DNA of 64,000 bases, from contig CAXYEH010000021.1 in NCBI GenBank assembly GCA_964275945.1, positions 3,978 through 67,977 of the forward strand. Direction: 5' to 3'. A program made the position numbers and the translations under genes. The first letter of the stretch is position 1. Each line of letters opens with the position of its first letter. Shown here in pieces: positions 38,987 through 47,281 of this stretch. Origin of the DNA: an uncultured Pseudomonadales bacterium. GTDB lineage: Bacteria > Pseudomonadota > Gammaproteobacteria > Pseudomonadales > Pseudohongiellaceae. Below the pieces are notes generated by a model. The model saw only the letters and a program-made list of their open reading frames with translations, was not told the DNA's origin and made no database searches.

Positions 38987-39301
38987 ATGAGACGAATTTT
39001 CCTTCTTTCTACATTTATTGTTTTCATTAGTGGATGCAATAGTTGGGTGCAAGTTACTAATGAAGGAGAGTCAGTGCGCCTGAGCACAAGCCGCGATGTT
39101 GCCAACTGCCAGCGGATTGGTCGTGCCCAAGCCCAAACTCTTAGCCGTTTTGTGGTAGTTGAACGCGGCGGCGAGCGCTTACAGGAAGAACTAACACGCA
39201 TAGCCCGCAACGAAGCAGGTGATATGGGTGGCAATGTCATCATCCCAGAATCCATAATAGAAGAAGGGCGACAAAGCTTTGGAGTTTATCGATGCCCCTA
39301 A
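38987..39301 (+). CDS. Small lipoprotein (DUF4156-like)
   Basis: The start is placed at MRRIFLLSTFIVFISGC (lipobox), residue 65 of track ORF 38795..39301. The protein is 104 aa and ends GVYRCP. The DUF4156 assignment is tentative and from memory. Confidence 0.55.
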   Translation: MRRIFLLSTFIVFISGCNSWVQVTNEGESVRLSTSRDVANCQRIGRAQAQTLSRFVVVERGGERLQEELTRIARNEAGDMGGNVIIPESIIEEGRQSFGVYRCP

Positions 39302-39345
39302 CCTATTAACAAGATCTCCATAATAAATCTTACTTCGACACTTTG

Positions 39346-39381
39346 ACCATATGACCAAATATGTTATTTTGGTCATATGGT
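39346..39381. promoter_or_regulatory. Perfect 14-bp inverted repeat (8-nt spacer) overlapping the TetR start codon: candidate TetR operator
   Basis: ACCATATGACCAAA-tatgttat-TTTGGTCATATGGT. The right arm contains the ATG at 39377. Confidence 0.5.
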
Positions 39382-40039
39382 GAGTAGAATAGCAGAATTA
39401 TTTGGCAAAGCAGCAGCACTGCCGGGACGCGGCAAACTCCAGGAAAGTGTCGATAACCCGAACATCGAGGTTCAGCGCAAGATAATCCGAGTAGCAACGA
39501 GGTTTTTCGCGGATGTCGGATATCGTCGAACTAATATTGCAGATATTGCAATAGAGTCAGGAATTGGGAAAGGTTCTATATACCTGCATTTTAAAAGCAA
39601 GAAGGACCTGTTCCTTAGCTGTCAACTTGCCGAAGAGCTGGCAATTTTGCCGCAGTTAGAAGCTATTGAAAAATTACCAAAAAAGTCCAAGCTCTCAGCC
39701 TATCTTGAAATTAGCCTAACCTTCGCGACTAAGGCACCGCTAACCAGGGCTCTTATGTCCAGGCCACAAGATTTTGCCACAATACTCGAAGATACTCGTG
39801 TTAAGAGTCTTGTTATGGAAGGTCATAGATACATAGCAGAAGAATATATTAATCCAGTAGCAAAGAATTTAGACGTAACTGAACAGGAAACTCTTGCAGC
39901 AGTTATTAGCATGGTAGTTACAGCCATTCACTATGTACCCCAATCGATATTTGATACTTCTGGACTAAAAACTCAAGATTTAGTTCGAGTTCTTACTAAA
40001 ATAATTGATCAAGGCACACAAAATACCAGCAGTATCTAA
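39377..40039 (+). CDS. TetR/AcrR family transcriptional regulator
   Basis: The N-terminal HTH reads RKIIRVATRFFADVGYRRTNIADIAIESGIGKGSIYLHFKSKKDLF. The protein is 220 aa and sits directly upstream of the transporter genes. Confidence 0.9.
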   Translation: MVSRIAELFGKAAALPGRGKLQESVDNPNIEVQRKIIRVATRFFADVGYRRTNIADIAIESGIGKGSIYLHFKSKKDLFLSCQLAEELAILPQLEAIEKLPKKSKLSAYLEISLTFATKAPLTRALMSRPQDFATILEDTRVKSLVMEGHRYIAEEYINPVAKNLDVTEQETLAAVISMVVTAIHYVPQSIFDTSGLKTQDLVRVLTKIIDQGTQNTSSI

Positions 40040-40054
40040 TACAGGGAAAACGAG

Positions 40055-41521
40055 ATGGAAAAGGTTCTTTTAAAGCTCACAGAATTATTTGGGAAAACGC
40101 CCAACGTCATTCTTAACTATAAGAAACAAGTACTGACCGGCTTGGTGATCATCTCAGTATTTTTGTTTTATGGGATTTTTAGTCTTACCGTTTTCGATAT
40201 GTCTACTGACAGTTTTTTAGAGGAGGAAAATCCAGCACAAGTTGCGCTTGATGAATTTCGTAGACAATTTGGCGGCGATGATTCTGTCTTCATAATTTAT
40301 TCTCCAGAAGACGGGGATGTCTTTTCTCGTGAATCTTTAACTGCAGTCCAACAACTAACCGATGACCTTGTTAACTGGAGAGACTTAGACAGAAGTGAAT
40401 ATCCTGAAATTCCATGGGAAGAGCTATCCCATGTTCGCAGAATCCAATCCCTTGCAAACATCCGCGTTCAAGAAAGTATAGGCGATACATTAAGATCAGA
40501 TAGGCTGATTCCTAGACAGATACCTACCAGTGAGGCTGACCTCGAAGAACTCAGAACTGAGGCTTTAAGTAAGCAAGACTATGTAGGCGCCTTTTACTCC
40601 GAAGACGGAGAGTACGGCGCAATACTCGTCCAGACAGACTTCGGAACAATCCCGGTAGAAGGATATGAATCTGTTGTAGATATTGCTGGCATTGAGCTGG
40701 ATGATAGCTTTGCAAACTTTGATCTCACTTTTGATGACAATGCTGTTGTGCAAGAAGTTGAATTTCAAGACACCGACCAGCTTGCTTACTTCTCTTTTGA
40801 TGAGGCCTTAACTGCGGTTTATCAAAAATATTCAAGTGAACTAAGCTTTTATCCAGTTGGCACTCCGTCCATGATGGGACAAATGCAAGGCATACTCAAT
40901 CAGATGGCAGTGCTGGGCACCCTGATGGTATTAATTTTTTCTCTGCTCCTATGGGTTTTGTTCCGTTCCGGAAGCGCACTAGTCTGGCCGATGGTCACCA
41001 TAGCACTTAGCGTAGCTTGGTGCTGGGGAATAACAGTTTGGATGGGCATTACTGTGTCTACAATGGTCGCGTTAACAGTTCTGCTTATTTTTGCAGTAGG
41101 GATTGCTGACTGCGTCCATGTGATGAGCGCTTATTTTAGTTTCAGGCGCGACGGACAAGAACATTATGTCGCTCTTTCGCACGCTTATGAAAAAGTAAGC
41201 TTGGCGATCTTGCTTACGACACTCACTACATCCGCAGGGGTGTCAGTCCTCGCGACCTCAAATTTAGAGCCAATCAAAGTTTTTGCCCTTATGTCAGCTC
41301 TCGGGGTCATTCTGGCTTTCTTCTTTACCATGGTTCTCTTGCCAGTTCTTTTAGATCTCTGGCATCCAGCTGCAGTTGGAAGTAAAGAAAACCCTAGCCT
41401 GGCTGATAGATTAGGCGCCAAGTGGACCTCTATAAAATCTAAGAAAAAATTGGTCATCGCAGCTAGTATCGGCGCTTCTTATTTTTGTTTCGCTGGGTTT
41501 ACTGTTGGGAGCGTTTATTAA
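40055..41521 (+). CDS. MMPL/RND-superfamily transporter, N-terminal half (TM1 + periplasmic loop + 5-TM SSD-like bundle)
   Basis: 488 aa. TM1 is VLTGLVIISVFLFYGIFSL, followed by a ~230-aa loop and then a TM cluster with GIADCVHVMSAY. It ends 17 nt inside the next ORF. Confidence 0.75.
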   Translation: MEKVLLKLTELFGKTPNVILNYKKQVLTGLVIISVFLFYGIFSLTVFDMSTDSFLEEENPAQVALDEFRRQFGGDDSVFIIYSPEDGDVFSRESLTAVQQLTDDLVNWRDLDRSEYPEIPWEELSHVRRIQSLANIRVQESIGDTLRSDRLIPRQIPTSEADLEELRTEALSKQDYVGAFYSEDGEYGAILVQTDFGTIPVEGYESVVDIAGIELDDSFANFDLTFDDNAVVQEVEFQDTDQLAYFSFDEALTAVYQKYSSELSFYPVGTPSMMGQMQGILNQMAVLGTLMVLIFSLLLWVLFRSGSALVWPMVTIALSVAWCWGITVWMGITVSTMVALTVLLIFAVGIADCVHVMSAYFSFRRDGQEHYVALSHAYEKVSLAILLTTLTTSAGVSVLATSNLEPIKVFALMSALGVILAFFFTMVLLPVLLDLWHPAAVGSKENPSLADRLGAKWTSIKSKKKLVIAASIGASYFCFAGFTVGSVY

Positions 41522-42758
41522 TTTCGTGATCGCCCTAACTTATTGGATAATTAACTCTCAACGAGAAATACTTGCTCGAGTTCCTGCAATTGTTCAGCGA
41601 TCACCCTACCTAATATTAGCTATCTTTGGGTCCGGCTTTATCCTCTGCGCATATGGCGCAACTAAAATCTTAATCGATACAAACATCGCCGAGATGTTTA
41701 GGGCGGACCACCCATTGTCTATCGCTGTAGAAGTGGTTGACCAGAACATGTCTGGCGCTCAAAACATGGAAATAATGATCGATACCGGGATAACTGACGG
41801 TATGCTTGATTCTGAATTACTTACCGCAGTTGATAATCTGCAGACCCGGGTCGAGAGCCGCTACCCTGATATTATTGGGCGGACTAATTCCCTCGCTAAT
41901 ATTGTTAAAGATACAAACCAAGCCATGAACGAGGATAACCCAGAATTTTATAGAATTCCGGATTCAAACCAAGCGATTTCACAATTACTTTTTATGTTCA
42001 ACAGTGCGAACCCAGAAGACCGCAGAAATCTTGTGTCAGATGATTACAGCCGATCACATATTAGCGTCACCGCACGAAATTTAGGCTCTTATGAATACAA
42101 GGAACTCTTTGAAGATATTTCATTAGATGTCCAGGAAACTTTTGCGGAAATTGAAACCGACTTTCCGGGTCTAGATGTGAATTTAACAGGAACTATGGCA
42201 ACTCTAATGGTAATGGCCGATGAAGTAGCAACTTCTCAATTTAATAGCTTCGCCTTAGCTCTGCTCATAGTTAGCATAATTATGATTATTTCACTGGGAT
42301 CTTTTAGCGGCGGCATGATGGGTATGGTGCCCAATGCCATACCAGCTTTTCTAGCCTTTGGCTTAATGGGCCTTTTTGGTATCCCCTTGGACACGGACAC
42401 CCTATTAATAGCACCTATAATTTTAGGTATAGCTGTAGATGATACTATTCATTTTATGACCCACTACAGAGTAGAATTAAGCAAAACAGGGAGCATGGCT
42501 GCGGCACTAGAGAGCGCAATAAAGGAAGTAGGACAAGCCGTGATGTTTACTACAATGGTCATAGGGCTTGGATTTGCCGTACTAAGCTTTTCAGATTATC
42601 TAGGGATGGCAAAGGTTGGCTTTTTTGGCTCAATGGCAATATTTGTTGCTCTGCTTTGTGACCTATTTCTTATTCCCGCAATGATTATAATTTTTAAACC
42701 AAAATTCGGCGTGAAAAATGTAGACACCAAGATTGATTTCCAGGGAGTGACTGTATGA
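41505..42758 (+). CDS. MMPL/RND-superfamily transporter, C-terminal half
   Basis: 417 aa with a second TM + loop + 5-TM repeat (IAPIILGIAVDDTIHFMTHY). This frame is open from 41436 and the track start is a TTG. Together the two ORFs equal one ~890-aa 12-TM RND/MMPL protein. Confidence 0.75.
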   Translation: MGAFINFVIALTYWIINSQREILARVPAIVQRSPYLILAIFGSGFILCAYGATKILIDTNIAEMFRADHPLSIAVEVVDQNMSGAQNMEIMIDTGITDGMLDSELLTAVDNLQTRVESRYPDIIGRTNSLANIVKDTNQAMNEDNPEFYRIPDSNQAISQLLFMFNSANPEDRRNLVSDDYSRSHISVTARNLGSYEYKELFEDISLDVQETFAEIETDFPGLDVNLTGTMATLMVMADEVATSQFNSFALALLIVSIIMIISLGSFSGGMMGMVPNAIPAFLAFGLMGLFGIPLDTDTLLIAPIILGIAVDDTIHFMTHYRVELSKTGSMAAALESAIKEVGQAVMFTTMVIGLGFAVLSFSDYLGMAKVGFFGSMAIFVALLCDLFLIPAMIIIFKPKFGVKNVDTKIDFQGVTV

Positions 42759-43648
42759 TTGCAACAAGCTTACGATTATTGATTGGCTCGATATTTTTGG
42801 GAGTTTGCTTTAGCAGTGTTCTTGCTCAAGATCTCACCGGCTTTGATATCATGAAATTGGCAGATGATGCTCAGCGCCAAAGTAATGACTCATCATTTAA
42901 TAGAATGCAGCTTTCGAGCTGTAAATTTGGTGTTACCGATGGGCGCATAACCTGCGCAGATAGACCTCGAGTTAAATCTCTGGAATCTGTGGCAAAAAAC
43001 TACGGGCCAGAGCTAAAAGATACCAAGAGTGTCACAGTCACATTGGAACCGGCTGCAGAACGTGGTATCGGTATGCTCAGCTATACCTATGATGAAACTG
43101 ACCGCGACAACGAAACCTGGCTCTATCTTTCCGCTCTTGGAAGAGTAAAACGCCTAGCGAGTGGAGATTCAGATGAAGACACCGAGCCCGCATCGCTATT
43201 TGGCTCCGAATTTACTACTGAAGATACTGAAACAGGAAAACTCGAAGAGTATACTTTCAATATTCTAGAAGAAACGACAACAGCCGGTCGAGAAGTTTGG
43301 AAAGTGGAAATGATTCCAAATGAAGAGAGGGCGAAGAAGACGCGTTATTCCCGACAAGTGCATTACGTGGACAAAGAAAGACATGTCGTTTTGCGATCGG
43401 AAATGTATGACCAGTACGAGAAAGAAGTTAAAAGACTCATGGCTTCAAGAGTTGAACTTGTGAATGATATATGGATGTCGCGCTCATTAACCATGATGAA
43501 TCTCATTACCAACCGTTTGTCTAATATGGCATTTGTGGAAATTTATACTGATTTAGACATTGAAGACGAATTTCTAAGTCAACGCACGCTTACCGATGCA
43601 GCCTATCGAGAGACAGAATTAGAGAAACTTCGGGCTCAACTTAATTAA
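42755..43648 (+). CDS. Outer-membrane lipoprotein-sorting (LolA-like) protein
   Basis: ATGA overlap with the transporter gene and a signal peptide. DNETWLYLSALGRVKRLASGD...ASLFGSEFTTEDTE matches the LolA_like family pattern (WxYLPalxkvRRI...SFxGSDFTYED) as I remember it. Confidence 0.7.
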   Translation: MIATSLRLLIGSIFLGVCFSSVLAQDLTGFDIMKLADDAQRQSNDSSFNRMQLSSCKFGVTDGRITCADRPRVKSLESVAKNYGPELKDTKSVTVTLEPAAERGIGMLSYTYDETDRDNETWLYLSALGRVKRLASGDSDEDTEPASLFGSEFTTEDTETGKLEEYTFNILEETTTAGREVWKVEMIPNEERAKKTRYSRQVHYVDKERHVVLRSEMYDQYEKEVKRLMASRVELVNDIWMSRSLTMMNLITNRLSNMAFVEIYTDLDIEDEFLSQRTLTDAAYRETELEKLRAQLN

Positions 43649-43668
43649 CCTGGAATTACTAACTTAAT

Positions 43669-45090
43669 ATGTCGCGCTTCTGCAAAAGAGCCGGGGTAAT
43701 TCTGATGTTTGTCGCTCCGATAGCGTACTCTCAACAGAATGAGCAGTCGAACCCCGAAGACGAAGCTGTATTAAGCGACGAGATCATCTTCGATGATAAT
43801 CTGTTTGATAGCGTTTTTGACGAACAACCCAATGACGGTCCAGATTCTTGGTTAGAAGGTTTTACCTTCAGCGTCAGCCAGCAGTTCTATGGGCAGGTTA
43901 ATAACCACTCCGTAGAACCACTGCCAGGTTTCTCCTTTCCGCGTGAAGCAGAAATGGAAAACAATCGATTAGGCATAAATATTCGGTATCAAAATGGCTT
44001 TGCGCCAGGGTGGTTAATTCAAGCAAGCGGGCAAACGCGGACATACTGGAAACATGACTATGAGCACGAGGCTAATAACAAAAATATTGACGCTGAGTAC
44101 CGTATAAATGAATTTTTTCTGCAGCGAAGTTTCGATCAACACAGTATTAAGTTTGGGCGACAGACAGTTGTTTGGGGGGAGACTGTAGGCAACTCTGTTC
44201 TCGATGTGATTAATCATTTTGAATTCAGAGACCTCACTATCATCGACATAGAAGATGCCCGTCTCAATCAGTGGATGGTCGTGTGGGATTATTTTGGAGA
44301 AGGGAGTAATTGGTCCAGCTTTGTAAATCTTTATCCAGAATTTAATCCAGCATCTGTCCGCGGTAGCCCTTTTTTCTTTGAACCTGAATTTAATCTCACA
44401 GACTACAAAAGAGATGGAGAAGCTCTTGCAGAAGTCGGCACCCAGTGGAGAAAATCATTCGACCGGAGCGACATCAGCTTTATGGCGGCGTATCTTTATG
44501 AAAACCAATTACGCTATGAAGACCCAGTTTCTGGAATCGGTGATGCAGTGGCAAAGAAGAACGATTTTTTGTTGTTGGGGTTTAGTGCCAATCGCGCAAT
44601 CGGCCGCCTACTCCTCAACTTCGATTTAGCCTTTAGTCACAATGTCCTGGCAGACAGCTTCAATTTTCCCGGAACAACTGCCCTCTCCTCGCCACTCGAT
44701 TTAAAGAAAGATCAAATTGGCACTTCGTTTGGCTTTGAATGGGCGGTAGATAATGAGCAAAGTTTGAGTTTGGGTATTCAGGCACAGAAGATGCTGGACG
44801 AGGACGAAGGTTTGTTGCCGGGGCAGAAACTCTTCAACCAAGGAGTGTTCGGTAGCTGGCTAGTGCGGTACAGCAATATTCTGCTTAATAGCGACCTTAC
44901 GCTTTCATCTACGTTGCAAGGTGATCTTAATGGGGATTCACTATTAGCGCTACTTGGTGTCAACTACACAATCAATGATAATTGGGCAGTAGATGCACAG
45001 ATCATTAGCATTAATGCAACTAGCGATTCCCCTTTGGTTTTCTTTGATGAAGACCTGAGGGTCGGTATGACAATAACTTATTCGTATTGA
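43669..45090 (+). CDS. Putative outer-membrane beta-barrel protein (DUF1302-like, tentative)
   Basis: 473 aa with signal peptide VILMFVAPIAYSQQ. Alternating hydrophobic beta-strand patterns are present and the C-terminus ...GMTITYSY is aromatic. Its position after RND + LolA-like genes fits this call. Confidence 0.45.
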   Translation: MSRFCKRAGVILMFVAPIAYSQQNEQSNPEDEAVLSDEIIFDDNLFDSVFDEQPNDGPDSWLEGFTFSVSQQFYGQVNNHSVEPLPGFSFPREAEMENNRLGINIRYQNGFAPGWLIQASGQTRTYWKHDYEHEANNKNIDAEYRINEFFLQRSFDQHSIKFGRQTVVWGETVGNSVLDVINHFEFRDLTIIDIEDARLNQWMVVWDYFGEGSNWSSFVNLYPEFNPASVRGSPFFFEPEFNLTDYKRDGEALAEVGTQWRKSFDRSDISFMAAYLYENQLRYEDPVSGIGDAVAKKNDFLLLGFSANRAIGRLLLNFDLAFSHNVLADSFNFPGTTALSSPLDLKKDQIGTSFGFEWAVDNEQSLSLGIQAQKMLDEDEGLLPGQKLFNQGVFGSWLVRYSNILLNSDLTLSSTLQGDLNGDSLLALLGVNYTINDNWAVDAQIISINATSDSPLVFFDEDLRVGMTITYSY

Positions 45091-45091
45091 G

Positions 45092-46336
45092 CTAGTTCTT
45101 TAAAGGCCGATCGAATACATCCTTTTCAAATTCCCCTTCCCAAATTGCCACTGCTGTAGATACTGAGAGATCACCACCAACATTAACGCTGGTACGCAAC
45201 ATATCTAGAGGTCTGTCGAATGCTAGAATAAAGCCTACTACAGCCGCATTCTGCTCTGGCGACATACCGATAGTATCCATTACGGCCGCAATCAAAAAGA
45301 GGGAGGCACCGGGAACTGCTGCAGTTCCAATTGAAACCAAAGTTGTTGATCCTGCAATTAGCGCATAGTCGGCGACAGTAAGATCGATACCAAAAGCCTG
45401 AGCCGCGAACACCGAAACAATACCAACATAAAGCGCGGTACCATCCATATTAATGGTGGCGCCTAAAGGTAATACAGTTGAAGCAACTACAGGCTTAATG
45501 CCTAAATTTTCTTCAGCACAAGACATGGAAATAGGTAGTGTCGCAGAGCTAGAAGAAGTAGAAAACGCCATTAACATAGCGTCACGTGCCCCACGAAAAA
45601 ATGTTAATGGAGATAAATGAAGCATAGTTCTCATAATGATTACGCCGTGCATTAACACCATGTGCGCAAAACATCCAATAACTACAGCTAGCGCCAGTGT
45701 TAACACATCGAGCAACGCACCTACTCCAGCGGTGCCAGCTAATTGAGCAATTAACGCAAAGGCTCCAAAGGGCGCAACTTCCATAATCCAATGAGTAATG
45801 CGCAACATAGCTTCTGCCGCTGCTCCCATAAAATCAGCAACTGGCTTTCCAGTCTCACCAATAGTAAGCAAGCTGACACCTATCAGGAGGGCGAAAAAAA
45901 TAATCGCAAGAATATTGCCTTCTGCAAAAGCTGCAAAAGGATTATCAGGCACGATATTCATTAATCGCTCACCAAGGGGCACCGTTTCCTGCACCGCACT
46001 GGGAGCTACTGCAGTAAGATCTACACCAACACCTGGCTGCAATAGCGCCGCAAGAGTTAAACCAATAGTGATTGCAACCAGGGTGGTCACTAGATAGATA
46101 GCCAGCGTCCTTACTCCTAACGAGCCAAGCTTACTCGGATCGCCCATGGAAATAACACCGGACACCAAAGTCACAAATACAAGCGGCACGACAACCATTC
46201 GAATCAGTCGAATGAATAACTCACCGATCCAAGCGATGGCAGTTACCCCATTCCCCCAGACTACACCAAGTATTACGCCAAGAATCATGGCGCCTAGAAT
46301 TCTTTTCCAGAGTGCTATCTCAAACCACATAGCCAT
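45092..46336 (-). CDS. Dicarboxylate/amino acid:cation symporter (DAACS family)
   Basis: 414 aa. LWKRILGAMILGVILG...IRMVVVPLVFVTLVSGV and ...ATINMDGTALY... are typical GltP/DctA-family motifs. Confidence 0.9.
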   Translation of the reverse strand: MAMWFEIALWKRILGAMILGVILGVVWGNGVTAIAWIGELFIRLIRMVVVPLVFVTLVSGVISMGDPSKLGSLGVRTLAIYLVTTLVAITIGLTLAALLQPGVGVDLTAVAPSAVQETVPLGERLMNIVPDNPFAAFAEGNILAIIFFALLIGVSLLTIGETGKPVADFMGAAAEAMLRITHWIMEVAPFGAFALIAQLAGTAGVGALLDVLTLALAVVIGCFAHMVLMHGVIIMRTMLHLSPLTFFRGARDAMLMAFSTSSSSATLPISMSCAEENLGIKPVVASTVLPLGATINMDGTALYVGIVSVFAAQAFGIDLTVADYALIAGSTTLVSIGTAAVPGASLFLIAAVMDTIGMSPEQNAAVVGFILAFDRPLDMLRTSVNVGGDLSVSTAVAIWEGEFEKDVFDRPLKN

Positions 46337-46475
46337 AAAGCTGTACCTGTTTAAGTATTTTAACTTCTCTTAATAGGCCACAAAGTGGCATCCTGACCAT
46401 TTTGTGCTTGCTAGGAGACTATAGAAATTCATACCATAGTGCCAGTAATTAGCGGTGTAGCAGCGGATTGAATAA

Positions 46476-47219
46476 ATGACACAGTGGATTGAAGGTAAAG
46501 TCTCAGAAAATATTCATTGGACTGAAAATCTATTCACATTGAAGATCGATGCCGACGTAGATACGTTTACCGCCGGGCAATTTACTAGTCTCGCCCTAGA
46601 TATTGATGGAGAACGCATTGCGCGTCCTTATTCTTATTTGAGCTCACCTCAACAAAGACCTCTTGAGTTTTTCTTTTACACAGCTACTGATGGCATGCTT
46701 TCGAATGCCCTGGTTAAATTAGAAAGTGGCGACAGTATTTGGGTAAAACAACAATCAAATGGATTTTTTGTACTGGACGAAATCCCTGAATGCGCGGATT
46801 TATGGCTGCTTGGAACGGGGACAGGCGTGGCTCCCTTTTTCTCAATCCTTAATACTGATGAGCCATGGCAGCGTTTTGAAAAAATTGTACTCATTCATGG
46901 AGTAAGGACTTTAGCTGACTTACGTTATCAGGAAGTCATTCAATCACTGCAAGAAAAATACAGAGGACGCTTTTATTTCCATGCATTCGTTAGCCGAGAA
47001 ATTGTGGAAGGGACGATTAACGGACGAATTCCAATCACGTTAGAAGATGGTTCCCTCGAAAATGCTTTGGGATTAATGCTCGATGTTGAGAAGTCTCACA
47101 TTATGCTGTGCGGGAACCCTGACATGATCAAGGATTCTGTAGAAATTCTGAAAATCAGAAAATTTACTAAAAACCGCCGTCGTTCACCAGGGCACATCAC
47201 TATAGAAAATTATTGGTAA
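46476..47219 (+). CDS. fpr: Ferredoxin/flavodoxin--NADP+ reductase
   Basis: It is collinear with E. coli Fpr along the whole length: W..GKV....W...LF.L...A....F.AGQFT.L.L.IDGER..R.YSY..SP ... LWLLGTGT ... HIMLCGNP.M ... RRSPGHITIENYW*. Confidence 0.93.
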   Translation: MTQWIEGKVSENIHWTENLFTLKIDADVDTFTAGQFTSLALDIDGERIARPYSYLSSPQQRPLEFFFYTATDGMLSNALVKLESGDSIWVKQQSNGFFVLDEIPECADLWLLGTGTGVAPFFSILNTDEPWQRFEKIVLIHGVRTLADLRYQEVIQSLQEKYRGRFYFHAFVSREIVEGTINGRIPITLEDGSLENALGLMLDVEKSHIMLCGNPDMIKDSVEILKIRKFTKNRRRSPGHITIENYW

Positions 47220-47281
47220 GCTATGGTTAACTTACATCCACACTTTTTCCAACTTCCGCAATACTAGTTAACATCTTTGCA

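Noticed and set aside
45088-45094. Convergent genes (43669..45090 and 45092..46336) have stop codons only 1 nt apart, leaving no room for terminators.
   Set aside because: The observation is real, but it is a common arrangement in compact genomes and is not evidence of anything unusual.
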